Assembly: GCA_964487115.1 (NCBI GenBank)
Contig: CAZAPD010000122.1
Span: forward strand, 1-22,943
DNA from: an uncultured Thermococci archaeon
Lineage (GTDB): Archaea > Methanobacteriota_B > Thermococci > Thermococcales > Thermococcaceae
Length of the DNA: 22,943 bases
Direction of reading: 5' to 3'
Below the pieces are notes generated by a model. That model had not been told where the DNA came from. It worked only from the letters and a program-made list of their open reading frames with translations, and searched no databases. Position numbers and translations under genes: made by a program. Every line of letters begins with the position of its first letter. Positions within the stretch are counted from its first letter, which is position 1. Shown here in pieces: positions 9,136 through 18,142 of the stretch.

Positions 9136-9849
9136 ATGGACAGTAATACAATAGTTGACTTCATGATACTTGGGACTCTGGCAATAATTGCATACAGTGT
9201 AAGGGCATTAGACTTTAAGGGCATAGTTGCAGCTTTCTTTATTGGATTTTTTGTACTGGAATTTGGCGGTTTCTATCCGTTTGTAGCATTATTCCTATTT
9301 GTGTTCCTCGGTGTTCTGGCAACCAAGTACCGTTTTGGTGAGAAGGTGCAATTGGGTTTAGCTGAAGAACATAGAGGTGTCAGAAGCTGGGGAAATGTCC
9401 TCGGCAATGGTCTGGCAGCAGTTATATTTGTGATCATGGAACACTATACTGAGATGGACATCTTATGGGCAGCGACATTTTCTGCAATAGCTACTGCCAA
9501 TGCAGATACACTGGCAAGTGAACTTGGCAAAGTTCTGGGTAAGAAGCCGAGAATGATAACAAACTTTAAACGGGCGAAACCCGGTATGAACGGCGCTGTC
9601 TCACTCCAGGGTGAGATGATTTCACTTCTTGGCGCTCTCATTATCGCTGTTCTTGCAGTTTTTGTGACTCCATACAGATGGCAGATACTCTTCGCGGTAA
9701 CCTTTGGTGGTTTTATCGGGGCCAATATAGATAGCCTTGTGGGAGCGACTCTTGAGAACAGGGGGATTACAAATAACGACTCAACGAACTTTCTGGCGAC
9801 ATTCTTCGGTGGAGTTCTTGGAGCATTGCTTTTTTATGTAATGATTTAA
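9136..9849 (+). CDS. DUF92 / TMEM19-family integral membrane protein
   Basis: Motifs 'RSWGNVLGNG', 'ATANADTLASELG', 'PGMNGAVSLQG' and 'IDSLVGATLE'; multiple TM segments. GGTGA RBS precedes the ATG at 9136. Confidence 0.88.
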   Translation: MDSNTIVDFMILGTLAIIAYSVRALDFKGIVAAFFIGFFVLEFGGFYPFVALFLFVFLGVLATKYRFGEKVQLGLAEEHRGVRSWGNVLGNGLAAVIFVIMEHYTEMDILWAATFSAIATANADTLASELGKVLGKKPRMITNFKRAKPGMNGAVSLQGEMISLLGALIIAVLAVFVTPYRWQILFAVTFGGFIGANIDSLVGATLENRGITNNDSTNFLATFFGGVLGALLFYVMI

Positions 9850-9862
9850 TTCATCAGTTATT

Positions 9863-9921
9863 GGCGGATGATGACTACGGCGGATTTCCGACAGGTGAAG
9901 AAGACCTTAGGGTCTGACGCC
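9863..9921 (+). ncRNA. Archaeal C/D-box 2'-O-methylation guide sRNA
   Basis: C box ATGATGA (9868-9874), 13-nt guide, D' CCGA (9888-9891), C' GTGAAGA (9895-9901), 12-nt guide, D CTGA (9914-9917). Closed by a terminal stem GGCG (9863-9866) / CGCC (9918-9921). Confidence 0.85.
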
Positions 9922-10951
9922 GTCTCCACTCTTCATAGATCTCCCATAGTGCGACAAGGATTGCAGGAATGGCATGTTCCGTTGCGAAGGTAATGTATGG
10001 TGTTAGGTCGAGGACATAATCTGCGAAGCGGAAAATTCCCCTTGGTATGCCCTTCCGGGAGCCTATAAAAACAACGATTTCCTTGGAATAATACATATCC
10101 CTTGCGAGTTTCTCTCGAACATTGCTCAGCATCTCTCCCTTAGGATCTGTAACGATAATAAGTCTGTTTTTTCTCCTCCTATCCCTTACGGCTTGATACA
10201 TATCCCATACACTCACAGGAACCTTCTCAACGTTCCATGGATATGCTCTTTGAACCTCGTATCGGGAATTCTGCCCTGTTTTAATCCCTCTGATAAACTC
10301 CATCAGCTGATAAGCATCAATCTTTTCTTTAGGGGCTATTATAAGCTCCTTAACTTCAAATGCTTGAGCAGCCCTTCCGATCTTCTCGCCAAAGCTTCTG
10401 CAGGCTTTATGACTTCCCCAGTAGGGCATCTGAATGATAGTAATCTTTTTGAAGAGCTCCCTTGAATCCAGTTTATCTGGTGAATACTTCTTCCATTTTT
10501 CTCCATCAATAACGGAAATATATGCGGTATCATTTAGGATATCCACATAAACAATTTTATCTGGAAAACTCAGATTGACTTCAGCATTTGTTAGCTCTCT
10601 AATTTTGGTCCCCAGCTGTATATTGACATCAACACTTGAAAAACTGTGTTTTCCTCTTCTTTTCGTTTTTACTGCAAATGTTTCATTTTCGGAGATATAT
10701 TTTGCAATCTCTTCTGCTGTTGAGACTATCCTCTCCAGTGATGCTGGAACTTCATAGAATATTCTTATAACCCTCTCAGCTTCTGGAATCTGGAGTAACT
10801 TTTTTTCTGCAGTTATATCCTCCGTTTCCACCAGAACAAGTCCAGAATAACCCATAGGGGCAATCCACACTTTGGAATCTGGTAAAAGCTCTTTCACATA
10901 GTTTCCTGCAACTCCTTCAAGCCCGTTAGGGGTTTTTAGAAGGAACTTCAT
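9875..10951 (-). CDS. THUMP-domain SPOUT-class RNA methyltransferase
   Basis: THUMP motifs 'TFAVKTKRRGKHSFSSVDVN..LG' and 'VNLSFPD'. SPOUT knot motifs 'IVTDPKG', 'VFIGSRKGIP' and 'FATEHAIPA'. The start is placed at ATG 10951 (MKFLLKT), after a GGTGGGAG RBS. Confidence 0.85.
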   Translation of the reverse strand: MKFLLKTPNGLEGVAGNYVKELLPDSKVWIAPMGYSGLVLVETEDITAEKKLLQIPEAERVIRIFYEVPASLERIVSTAEEIAKYISENETFAVKTKRRGKHSFSSVDVNIQLGTKIRELTNAEVNLSFPDKIVYVDILNDTAYISVIDGEKWKKYSPDKLDSRELFKKITIIQMPYWGSHKACRSFGEKIGRAAQAFEVKELIIAPKEKIDAYQLMEFIRGIKTGQNSRYEVQRAYPWNVEKVPVSVWDMYQAVRDRRRKNRLIIVTDPKGEMLSNVREKLARDMYYSKEIVVFIGSRKGIPRGIFRFADYVLDLTPYITFATEHAIPAILVALWEIYEEWRRRQTLRSSSPVGNPP

Positions 10952-10988
10952 ATCTCCCACCAGAAGGTTAAAGAAGAGAAATAGACGG

Positions 10989-11591
10989 TTAAGCTGACGG
11001 TTCAGCAAGAACCTTGATTTTCCTGATCTCAGCACGTTTAATTGGGTATATCTTTCTTACTTCCCTTGCAATTTCTGCGGCCATCTTCCCGGTAACAGCT
11101 TCAGTTATGAACTGGGTGTAGGGAAGTTCTTCAGCTTTTTTATAGATTATATCTCTCATGATATCTCTGATAGCTCTCTCCTGGCTTGTCTGTATCCTTC
11201 TAATTGCTATGACCATTCCCATGACACGGAGCTTGTATCCGTCCTTTGTTGTGACATTAAAGATGCCGTCTATCCTCGTCGTCCTCCTTCTGACGAGCGA
11301 GCGGATGTAGCTTCTCGATAGTGTGTGCCCTTTGAATTTGGTGTATGCATTCTGACCTTTAACGTCATAAATTTTGAAATATAACTTAACCTGTCCTTTT
11401 GTGAAATCGCCTGTTAAATCTTTGAGTGTGGTCTCAATAACTCTTCCTATGACCTTCTCGGGTTCATCAGCAGGAGTTAAGCCTATCTCTTTGCTTCCAA
11501 AAAATTCTGGGGCATAAACCACGAACCACTCTTTCATCTTCCATTTATCTTTGGTGGCAGCAGCCCTTCTCCTTGGATTCGTTTTTGCCAT
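10989..11591 (-). CDS. rps3ae: 30S ribosomal protein S3Ae (eS1)
   Basis: '[15 protein letters not shown]', '[15 protein letters not shown]' and '[14 protein letters not shown]'; GGAGGTG RBS. Confidence 0.97.
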   Translation of the reverse strand: MAKTNPRRRAAATKDKWKMKEWFVVYAPEFFGSKEIGLTPADEPEKVIGRVIETTLKDLTGDFTKGQVKLYFKIYDVKGQNAYTKFKGHTLSRSYIRSLVRRRTTRIDGIFNVTTKDGYKLRVMGMVIAIRRIQTSQERAIRDIMRDIIYKKAEELPYTQFITEAVTGKMAAEIAREVRKIYPIKRAEIRKIKVLAEPSA

Positions 11592-11609
11592 TTTAACACC
11601 TCCACCTTT

Positions 11610-11861
11610 TCACGTGATCTCTTCGGCGATCTTGATTGAAAACACCAAATCGTCGAGCGCTACAATTAAGCTTTCAATCTCACCTGAGTATTTAACTTTT
11701 GTTATAACATCCCCATCTTCCCATTGGGTTTCCACATTTAAACTTTTCTTTAATTTCTCGGGAATATCCCGGTTGTCAATTTCAACTGCTTCTGCTATTG
11801 CTCTGGCTTTCCTCTCATCTTCATAGTGCCATATTATTTCGGCCTCAGCTCTTATCACCAT
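11610..11861 (-). CDS. pcc1: KEOPS complex subunit Pcc1
   Basis: 83 aa with '[12 protein letters not shown]' and '[17 protein letters not shown]'. Occupies the usual archaeal position between the RecJ-like gene and rps3ae. Confidence 0.88.
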   Translation of the reverse strand: MVIRAEAEIIWHYEDERKARAIAEAVEIDNRDIPEKLKKSLNVETQWEDGDVITKVKYSGEIESLIVALDDLVFSIKIAEEIT

Positions 11862-13272
11862 CTCCCTTCACCTGTCTGTCAAGGATTTCATTGATGTACT
11901 TGATGAACTCGTTAATTCTGCTTTTAGGAAATCTGATCCCTGCCGCTATGGCATGTCCTCCTCCTTCTCCACCAAGCTTCTCTGCCGCTTCTCTCAAGGC
12001 TTCACCGAGATGATAACCCTTGGACAGTGCCTTCTCTGTTGTCCTTGCAGAGGCCTTTACGAGCTTTTCATCCTCCTCACTGTCTGCTATTATGATAACA
12101 GGTTTTTCTGGCTTAGCCAACCCTGAGTTTATTGCTATGTTTGCGGCTATGCCAACAAGAGTATCTCTGATATTTCTGCCAACATAGAACACATAGGCAT
12201 GCTCTCCCTCATCAGCGCCGTTCCAGTTCTGGATTATGTATCTTCTCGCCTCAATTTGCTCTCTCTTGTAGTTATCAAGCATCTTTCTGGCCCTTTTGTA
12301 TGCTTCTGCATCTCCAAGGCAAATAGCAACGCCAAGTGTTCCGGCGTTCAAACGACCTGTTGCATTTAGAAGAGTAGCGAATTCCCTTGCCTCATGTCTT
12401 GGATCACCTTCGGGATAAAGCTTGCTGATGACAACATCACCAATAAGTCTGTCGATTGCCTCTTTTGGAGCATTATGTTTTATCATATGGATTACTATAG
12501 CATCATGGAGTTTCCTCTTCTCCTCTTCTCTCAGCTGCCAGTATTTCATATCAGGATCGAAGCCTTTAGCCCTGAGAAACTCGATTGCTTTCCTTTCATC
12601 CCCTGTTATTTCTGGAATCTCAGGATTTGTTGAGTAAGCTAACATCTGTGAGAGCTTTCTGCTTTCCCTACCGAAGAGTCTAAGTTCCTTGCGAACTTCT
12701 ATAATGCCAAGTTTCTCTCCGTCTTCGATGATGTCAATATTCATGCCGTGAAATGTGCCATCCACTTCCTGCATGTCGCCAACAGCTCCAACAAGTGCGA
12801 GATAGCTCAAATCCTTGTTTCCATCGTTCATTGCAACCGCAGTAAAATATGCAACCCCAGAACCACTTAAGTCTCTGATGCTGTCTGCTCCATAGAGAGT
12901 TGGATTCACGATGAGATGGGAATCATTTAAGAATCCATCTTTTTCCGGAGGGTGGTGATCAACAATGAGGACGTCAGAATCTTCGAGATATTTCTCAATC
13001 AGAGTCATGGAGCCACTCCCGAGATCGCTAAAAACATAAATTCTGTGCTTTTCCTTGGCAAGCTCCTTTATGAAGTCTTCACTGAGTTGTTTGACTATAC
13101 TGAGCTGGAAATTCCCACTCTCTCTGATGGTGGCTTTTGCCAGAATGCCTCCGGCTGTTATCCCGTCCGCATCCCTATGGGAGATCAACCGTATAGTGTG
13201 CCCTAACTCAATGTGCATCTTAATCAGTTCCGCCCCTTCCCTCGCCTTTTCTAAGAATGCACTCTTATCCAT
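11845..13272 (-). CDS. gan: DHH/DHHA1 RecJ/Cdc45-like nuclease (GINS-associated nuclease GAN)
   Basis: Motifs 'SHRDADG', 'FSDLGSG', 'IVDHH', 'GAVGDMQ' and '[12 protein letters not shown]'. The rps15-recJ-pcc1-rps3ae gene order supports the call. Confidence 0.9.
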   Translation of the reverse strand: MDKSAFLEKAREGAELIKMHIELGHTIRLISHRDADGITAGGILAKATIRESGNFQLSIVKQLSEDFIKELAKEKHRIYVFSDLGSGSMTLIEKYLEDSDVLIVDHHPPEKDGFLNDSHLIVNPTLYGADSIRDLSGSGVAYFTAVAMNDGNKDLSYLALVGAVGDMQEVDGTFHGMNIDIIEDGEKLGIIEVRKELRLFGRESRKLSQMLAYSTNPEIPEITGDERKAIEFLRAKGFDPDMKYWQLREEEKRKLHDAIVIHMIKHNAPKEAIDRLIGDVVISKLYPEGDPRHEAREFATLLNATGRLNAGTLGVAICLGDAEAYKRARKMLDNYKREQIEARRYIIQNWNGADEGEHAYVFYVGRNIRDTLVGIAANIAINSGLAKPEKPVIIIADSEEDEKLVKASARTTEKALSKGYHLGEALREAAEKLGGEGGGHAIAAGIRFPKSRINEFIKYINEILDRQVKGDGDKS

Positions 13273-13302
13273 TTTATCACCCAGAAAGAAGAAGGAAAGG
13301 GG

Positions 13303-13758
13303 TTAACGAACGAGTAGCTTGGCCTGTTCCGGATCGTATCTCCACTTGGCCGGAAGCTTACCTGTTCTTCTGTAGTACTTGACGAGACGTCTTATCTTAC
13401 TTTCGGTTAGCTGCAATCCACGCCTTGAGTGCTTATCCTTTGGATGTAATTCAAGATGCTTCCTGAGCTTAACGGCCTTTCTTATGAGGAACATTAAATC
13501 CTCAGGAATCTGTGGTGCCAGACCGTTTTCCTCGAGTATTTGGGTTATTTTTTTCCCTGTAATCAGCTTAACGCTTGGAATGCCGTACTGATCCCTGAGA
13601 ATCGTTCCTATCATTGCTGTGCTGTGCCCCTCTTTTCTAAGCTTTATAACAAGGTTTTCAACCTCTTCGGCCGTATATTCCACCCAAGTGGGTGGAGCAG
13701 TCCTTGGAGGTCTTTTTGAGCCTGATTTGCCTCTCTTTCTCGCGTGTATCCTTGCCAT
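13303..13758 (-). CDS. rps15: 30S ribosomal protein S15 (uS15)
   Basis: '[17 protein letters not shown]', '[12 protein letters not shown]' and '[23 protein letters not shown]'. GGAGGTG RBS (13765-13771) fixes the start at 13758, giving 151 aa. Confidence 0.98.
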   Translation of the reverse strand: MARIHARKRGKSGSKRPPRTAPPTWVEYTAEEVENLVIKLRKEGHSTAMIGTILRDQYGIPSVKLITGKKITQILEENGLAPQIPEDLMFLIRKAVKLRKHLELHPKDKHSRRGLQLTESKIRRLVKYYRRTGKLPAKWRYDPEQAKLLVR

Positions 13759-13775
13759 GTCATACACCTCCCGGT

Positions 13776-13799
13776 GACGGCCAGCTATTGCCAGCCGTC
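13776..13799 (-). promoter_or_regulatory. Stem-loop in the rps15 5' UTR, candidate ribosomal-protein leader
   Basis: GACGGCUGGC-AAUA-GCUGGCCGUC forms 10 consecutive pairs including tandem U.G/G.U. It lies between the TATA box and the SD sequence. Confidence 0.55.
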
Positions 13800-13825
13800 C
13801 CTTCACGTTGGGAATTGAGGCGAGG

Positions 13826-13839
13826 TTTAAAAAGGTTTG
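13826..13839 (-). promoter_or_regulatory. BRE/TATA promoter of the rps15 cluster
   Basis: The - strand reads CAAACC-TTTTTAAA, about 70 nt upstream of the rps15 ATG. Confidence 0.6.
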
Positions 13840-13891
13840 CCCGGATGATTTATCAACCAAAACGGTTTTAGGTTAACAACTCTCAGTAGTC

Positions 13892-14587
13892 ATGCAGGAT
13901 CTTAAAGAGCTGGATCTTTCGAAGGGGGAATGCTCCAGAAAAGGGCAGTTCAGCTAAGAGAATCCGGAAAGAAGGTGTGAAGGGACGAACAGCATTCCGT
14001 TAGTGAAACTAACAGCTATCAGTACAGAATTCATCTGAAGGTTGTGGATCAGATTTTGCTAAGAGTTTTGGAAAAGGCTTTAAAGGCCATTGGAACAACC
14101 AAAACGGGGTTTGAACATAATAGGACAGGCTGACAGATGGTGTGTCAGGGTCACCAACAAGGAGCTGTTCATGTTCCTAAAGGGTCCGAGGGAGAACTCC
14201 TGAAATTGCCCGCGCCTATCCCAGAGAATTCTTGGGGGGCTCCTTTAACAGTGAGGGAGTGTGTTCGTGGACAAAAGAAACACGAGAAGGACATCGATTG
14301 TTGCGGATAACTATAATTTTGAAGCGTTAGAACTTTGTAGGGATTTGCTATGGCATCTTAGGATACACTCAACTGTACATCTCTCCAAGTGGAAAGATGC
14401 TGAAGTAGTTTTCGGGGAAAGAGGTATGGATACAACTCCGAGTTTATATAGGATAGGCATCCTCCGGAAGGATGGCGTTGCAAAGTTCGCTGAAACCATT
14501 GGCATGACAATCAACAGAAAGCAGAAAAAGCTTGAAACTTTCCTCGCATCATATTACAATAGAACATATAGCGGGGGGTGGATTTGA
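13892..14587 (+). pseudogene. Degenerate free-standing LAGLIDADG homing endonuclease
   Basis: Fragments in shifting frames: MQDLKELDLS (13892); MLQKRAVQLRESGK (13930); YQYRIHLKVVD..EKALKAIG (13996-14130); ADRWCVRVTNKELFMFLKGPRE (14129); EIARAYPREFLGGSFNSEG (14202-14258, a decayed FLxGFFDSEG motif); then the ORF at 14261-14587 ending FAETIGMTINRKQKKL, a typical LAGLIDADG C-terminus. Confidence 0.78.
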
Positions 14588-14643
14588 ACCACCGACCTCC
14601 GGGTTATGAGCCCGGCGGGCACTCCTAGCTGCCCCACCCCGCT
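14569..14643 (-). tRNA. Initiator tRNA-Met (CAU), no encoded CCA
   Basis: AGCGGGGTGGGGCAGCTAGGAGTGCCCGCCGGGCTCATAACCCGGAGGTCGGTGGTTCAAATCCACCCCCCGCTA folds as a cloverleaf with A1:U72, GGG/CCC at the base of the anticodon stem, a CAT anticodon and a TTCAAAT T-loop. Confidence 0.97.
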
Positions 14644-14674
14644 GTGTGACCCGATAAGTCCTATCAGGTGAGGG

Positions 14675-14712
14675 TTTATAAGCTTTACCCTCTTGAGGAT
14701 AAAGCTTTAAGC
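14675..14712. promoter_or_regulatory. Back-to-back BRE/TATA promoters for the tRNA (-) and the aconitase X operon (+)
   Basis: The - strand reads GTAAAGCTTATAAA (14675-14688) and the + strand reads ATAAAGCTTTAAGC (14699-14712). Confidence 0.6.
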
Positions 14713-14742
14713 ACAATCTTCTAACTTTCATCTGGTGATGAA

Positions 14743-15903
14743 ATGCATCTCACTCGAGAGGAGGAGCTTGTCCTAACCGGCGAATACGGTTATCCACTTC
14801 AAAAGGCTATGGAGATACTCGTGGCCTTAGGTGAAATCTACGGTGCAGATAGGCTTATCCCAATAAAAAGTGCTCAAATAGCAGGAGTTTCTTACAAAAA
14901 TCTTGGAAAAGCTGGGATGGAATTTCTAAGGGATTTAGCCGATGCTGGGGCCAAGGTTTCGGTTTATACTACCCTCAACCCTGCAGGAATCGGCAATGAG
15001 GACTTCATGGAAAAGCAAAAACAGATTCTGGATATTTACAGAAGAATGGGAGTAGAGACGACGTCCACATGCACACCGTATTACGGTGCGAATCTCCCGA
15101 AATTCGGTGACCATTTGGCATGGAGCGAAAGTTCTGCTGTTAGCTTTGCTAATTCTATTATTGGAGCGAGAACAAATCGTGAGGGTGGTCCTTCAAGTTT
15201 GGCTGCAGCTATTGTGGGTAAAACTCCAAATTACGGTCTTCATCTTGACAAAAACAGGAAGGCAACCGTAATTGTTGAGATTCAAGCAGATATGAGAGGC
15301 TTCCTTGATTACAGCCTGCTTGGATATTATCTTGGCAGAACTCTCGGGAATGATGTTCCCTATATACGGGGCATCAAGCCTGAAAAAGTTGAATATCTCA
15401 AGGAACTCGGCGCTTCTATGGCAGCTACAGGTTCAGTTGCTCTCTATCACGTGGAGGGAGAGACTCCGGAGTACAGAAGGGCTATTGATGATAATCTCGA
15501 AAAGATTGTAGTCGAAAGGACGGGGCTGAAGGAAGTTCAGGAGAAATTCAACTCCGAGTGGAGTGAAATTGATTTAATAGTGATCGGTTGTCCCCATGCA
15601 TCTCTTCAGGAAGTTAAGGAGATAGCCGAGCTACTCAAAATGCGTGGAAAACCTCTGAAGATACCCATTTACATAACTGCAAGTAGGGCAGTTAAGGCCC
15701 TGGCAGATTCCTTAGGATACACGGAAATAATTGAGCGCTACAACGGAAGAATACTCACCGATAGCTGTCTGGTCGTCTCTCCGATTGATAAGTGGTTCAA
15801 TGGCATAGCCACTAACAGTGGGAAATCCGCGTTCTATTTTGCATCTTTTGGGTTTAATGTCAGACTTGACGAGGTTGAAAAACTCATAATGGAGGCACCT
15901 TAG
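14743..15903 (+). CDS. Aconitase X large subunit (phosphomevalonate dehydratase large subunit, DUF521)
   Basis: 'GVSYKNLG', 'TTLNPAG', 'STCTPY', 'WSESSAVSFANSIIGARTNREGG', 'IGCPH', 'DSCLVVSP' and 'ATNSGKSAFY'; three conserved Cys residues. Confidence 0.93.
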   Translation: MHLTREEELVLTGEYGYPLQKAMEILVALGEIYGADRLIPIKSAQIAGVSYKNLGKAGMEFLRDLADAGAKVSVYTTLNPAGIGNEDFMEKQKQILDIYRRMGVETTSTCTPYYGANLPKFGDHLAWSESSAVSFANSIIGARTNREGGPSSLAAAIVGKTPNYGLHLDKNRKATVIVEIQADMRGFLDYSLLGYYLGRTLGNDVPYIRGIKPEKVEYLKELGASMAATGSVALYHVEGETPEYRRAIDDNLEKIVVERTGLKEVQEKFNSEWSEIDLIVIGCPHASLQEVKEIAELLKMRGKPLKIPIYITASRAVKALADSLGYTEIIERYNGRILTDSCLVVSPIDKWFNGIATNSGKSAFYFASFGFNVRLDEVEKLIMEAP

Positions 15904-16296
15904 ATGAAGCTCAGGGGAAGGAAAATAGTTGAAGGCAGAGCTCGTGGAGTGGCACTCGTTTCAGAGAAGCCTTTATCCTTTTTAGGAGGAGTTGACCCAG
16001 AGACAGGGATTGTTATAGATGCAGAGAGCGATATAAGGGGGGAGAGCATTAAAGATAAGATACTCGTATTTCCACGGGGAAAGGGCTCTACAGTTGGTTC
16101 TTACGTAATATATCAGCTGAAAAAAAATGGTGTTGCTCCGAGAGCAATAATCGTTGGTGAAGCTGAGACTATAGTCGCCACAGGGGCTATCATTGCAGGA
16201 ATACCTATGGTTGATGGAATTGATATAAAAAAACTCAAAACCGGACAGATTCTTGAAGTACATGCTGACAGGGGAGAGGTTATAGTTGTGGAATAG
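15904..16296 (+). CDS. Aconitase X small/swiveling subunit (DUF126)
   Basis: 'LSFLGGVDPETG', 'FPRGKGSTVGSY' and 'IVATGAIIAGIPMVD'; abuts the large-subunit gene. Confidence 0.93.
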   Translation: MKLRGRKIVEGRARGVALVSEKPLSFLGGVDPETGIVIDAESDIRGESIKDKILVFPRGKGSTVGSYVIYQLKKNGVAPRAIIVGEAETIVATGAIIAGIPMVDGIDIKKLKTGQILEVHADRGEVIVVE

Positions 16297-16340
16297 GGTT
16301 TATAAGCCAACAACACTGAGTATTTAACGAGCGTGAGAAA

Positions 16341-17582
16341 ATGAATCGTGGAGTTTATGAATGTATTAAATGTGGTCATAGAGAGGTGATGGATTCCACA
16401 GAGCCATTGCTCGAAAACTCCTGTCCTAAGTGCGGGGGTGATATGGTTCTTGTAGGATTTGACACTGCGAGTATGATAATCCAAGAATCTGTAACTGAGG
16501 ATGATGATGCACTACTCAATGAACTCACCAAATTTTATGTCGTGGAGCCTTATAAAAAAGAGGGAGATGTCACTGTTTTTAAAATACTTCAAATCAGAGA
16601 GAATAATTTTGAAATCGTTTTGAGGGAATTGGAAAGACTTGGATATTGGGCAGCTTTGAAGAGAAAGGACAAAAGTGAAGAGATCTTCTTATACATCTTC
16701 CCAGCCCAGCCTCCAAAAGAGGAGAATCCATGGATAGGAATAATATTATTTGTAACGACGGTATTTACAACTTTACTTGCTGGATATATGCTCTCTATGG
16801 GATATATTGCAACTTTGGATAAATACGGGCTTCCGGGTATCCGAAATCCATATTTAAATGCTATTGCATTTTCAATTAGCATTCTCACTATCTTGGGTAC
16901 TCATGAAATGGGGCATAAGATCGCTGCCACATACCATGGAATAAGATCAACCTTTCCTTATTTCATTCCATTTCCCAATATTTTGGGGACTCTTGGGGCG
17001 GTTATAAGGGTAAAGTCACCTATTCCAACTCGTGATGCTGCAATTGATCTTGGAGTAAGCGGACCACTTGCAGGATTTCTCGTAGCGATCCCTGTATCCC
17101 TTATTGGTTTAAGATTATCCGTTCAAGTACCAGCGACATGGATAACTTCAACTGCTGGAGGAATATATTTTGGAGAGAACTTGTTTTTTATGATTCTGGA
17201 GAAGTATGTCATGCATATATCGAGTAATATTGTATTGTTTCTTCATCCCGTAGCTATTGCAGGGTGGATAGGGATTTTGGTAACTTTTTTAAATTTAATC
17301 CCAGCAGCTCAGCTGGATGGAGGGCATATAGCCAGAGCTTTTATGAAGGGGAAGCTTCATCACTATCTTACCGTTGCCCTTGGACTTGCAATGTTAGCAT
17401 TAAGCTATTTATGGGTCACATGGTTGCTATGGGGAATTCTAATTCTGCTACTGGGTATGGCTGGGAATCCCGGTGCTTTAGATGAAGTGACACCAATTTC
17501 AAAGAAAAGGTTACTTTTTGCTCTCATTGCAGTAATAATTTTTGTTTTATCTGCCACACCTGTCCCCATAAAGACAGGTTAG
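16341..17582 (+). CDS. Site-2 protease (M50) with N-terminal zinc ribbon
   Basis: HEMGH, 'SGPLAG' and 'NLIPAAQLDGGH'; multiple TM segments; N-terminal CIKC...CPKC. Confidence 0.93.
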   Translation: MNRGVYECIKCGHREVMDSTEPLLENSCPKCGGDMVLVGFDTASMIIQESVTEDDDALLNELTKFYVVEPYKKEGDVTVFKILQIRENNFEIVLRELERLGYWAALKRKDKSEEIFLYIFPAQPPKEENPWIGIILFVTTVFTTLLAGYMLSMGYIATLDKYGLPGIRNPYLNAIAFSISILTILGTHEMGHKIAATYHGIRSTFPYFIPFPNILGTLGAVIRVKSPIPTRDAAIDLGVSGPLAGFLVAIPVSLIGLRLSVQVPATWITSTAGGIYFGENLFFMILEKYVMHISSNIVLFLHPVAIAGWIGILVTFLNLIPAAQLDGGHIARAFMKGKLHHYLTVALGLAMLALSYLWVTWLLWGILILLLGMAGNPGALDEVTPISKKRLLFALIAVIIFVLSATPVPIKTG

Positions 17583-18142
17583 CCCCTCCTCTTTTTGTTT
17601 TTTAAAATTTGTTCAATGTCATAGTATATTGAATCTCTTGAAACTCCAAACATTCTTGCCAATTCTGAAATGTTCAAAACTTTAGGATTATAATTAAACA
17701 TTTCCAAAACTTTGGCTATTAGCTCTCTTCTACCTTTCAGGCTTAACATATTAAGATCCTCATTCGAACTGGGAATGTTATAAACTACAACCCCAACTGC
17801 ATAGGTTCTTCTCGTTACTGGCATTGTATATGTTCCAGTTTCGAAATCAATTATTTGATATCCAGGTTTAAGTTGGCCATTTATCTTTTCTAAAGCCCTA
17901 TTGATGGCCTCATCTTTATGTCTGCCGGAAGCATATTCTGCGATTATGCCCTTACGACCTATGGCACTTTCGTCTATTAACATCAGAATTTTTAAATTCA
18001 TAAATGCACCAAAGCTCAAAAAAATCTTTGAAGATTTTATTAATCCGGGGACTGAGGATAATATAATCTCTGATTTTCTTACGATATCCTTTATACAATC
18101 TTCAACTTTTGATGATTCGGATTGGATAGATACCAACTGCAT
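17579..18142 (-). CDS. Hypothetical protein with C-terminal HTH (putative DNA-binding regulator)
   Basis: HTH 'LNISELARMFGVSRDSIYYDIEQI'; AGGTGG RBS; divergent from the pilin genes. Confidence 0.75.
   Translation of the reverse strand: MQLVSIQSESSKVEDCIKDIVRKSEIILSSVPGLIKSSKIFLSFGAFMNLKILMLIDESAIGRKGIIAEYASGRHKDEAINRALEKINGQLKPGYQIIDFETGTYTMPVTRRTYAVGVVVYNIPSSNEDLNMLSLKGRRELIAKVLEMFNYNPKVLNISELARMFGVSRDSIYYDIEQILKNKKRRG

Noticed and set aside
13759..13860. 34-aa N-terminal extension of S15
   Set aside because: The SD and conserved N-terminus put the start at 13758. The extension covers the promoter and leader.
14261..14587. 108-aa ORF as an independent intact gene
   Set aside because: It is the C-terminal fragment of the frameshifted endonuclease; the motif lies just upstream in another frame.
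14549..14731. 60-aa - strand ORF
   Set aside because: It is a translation of the tRNA-iMet gene and its promoter.
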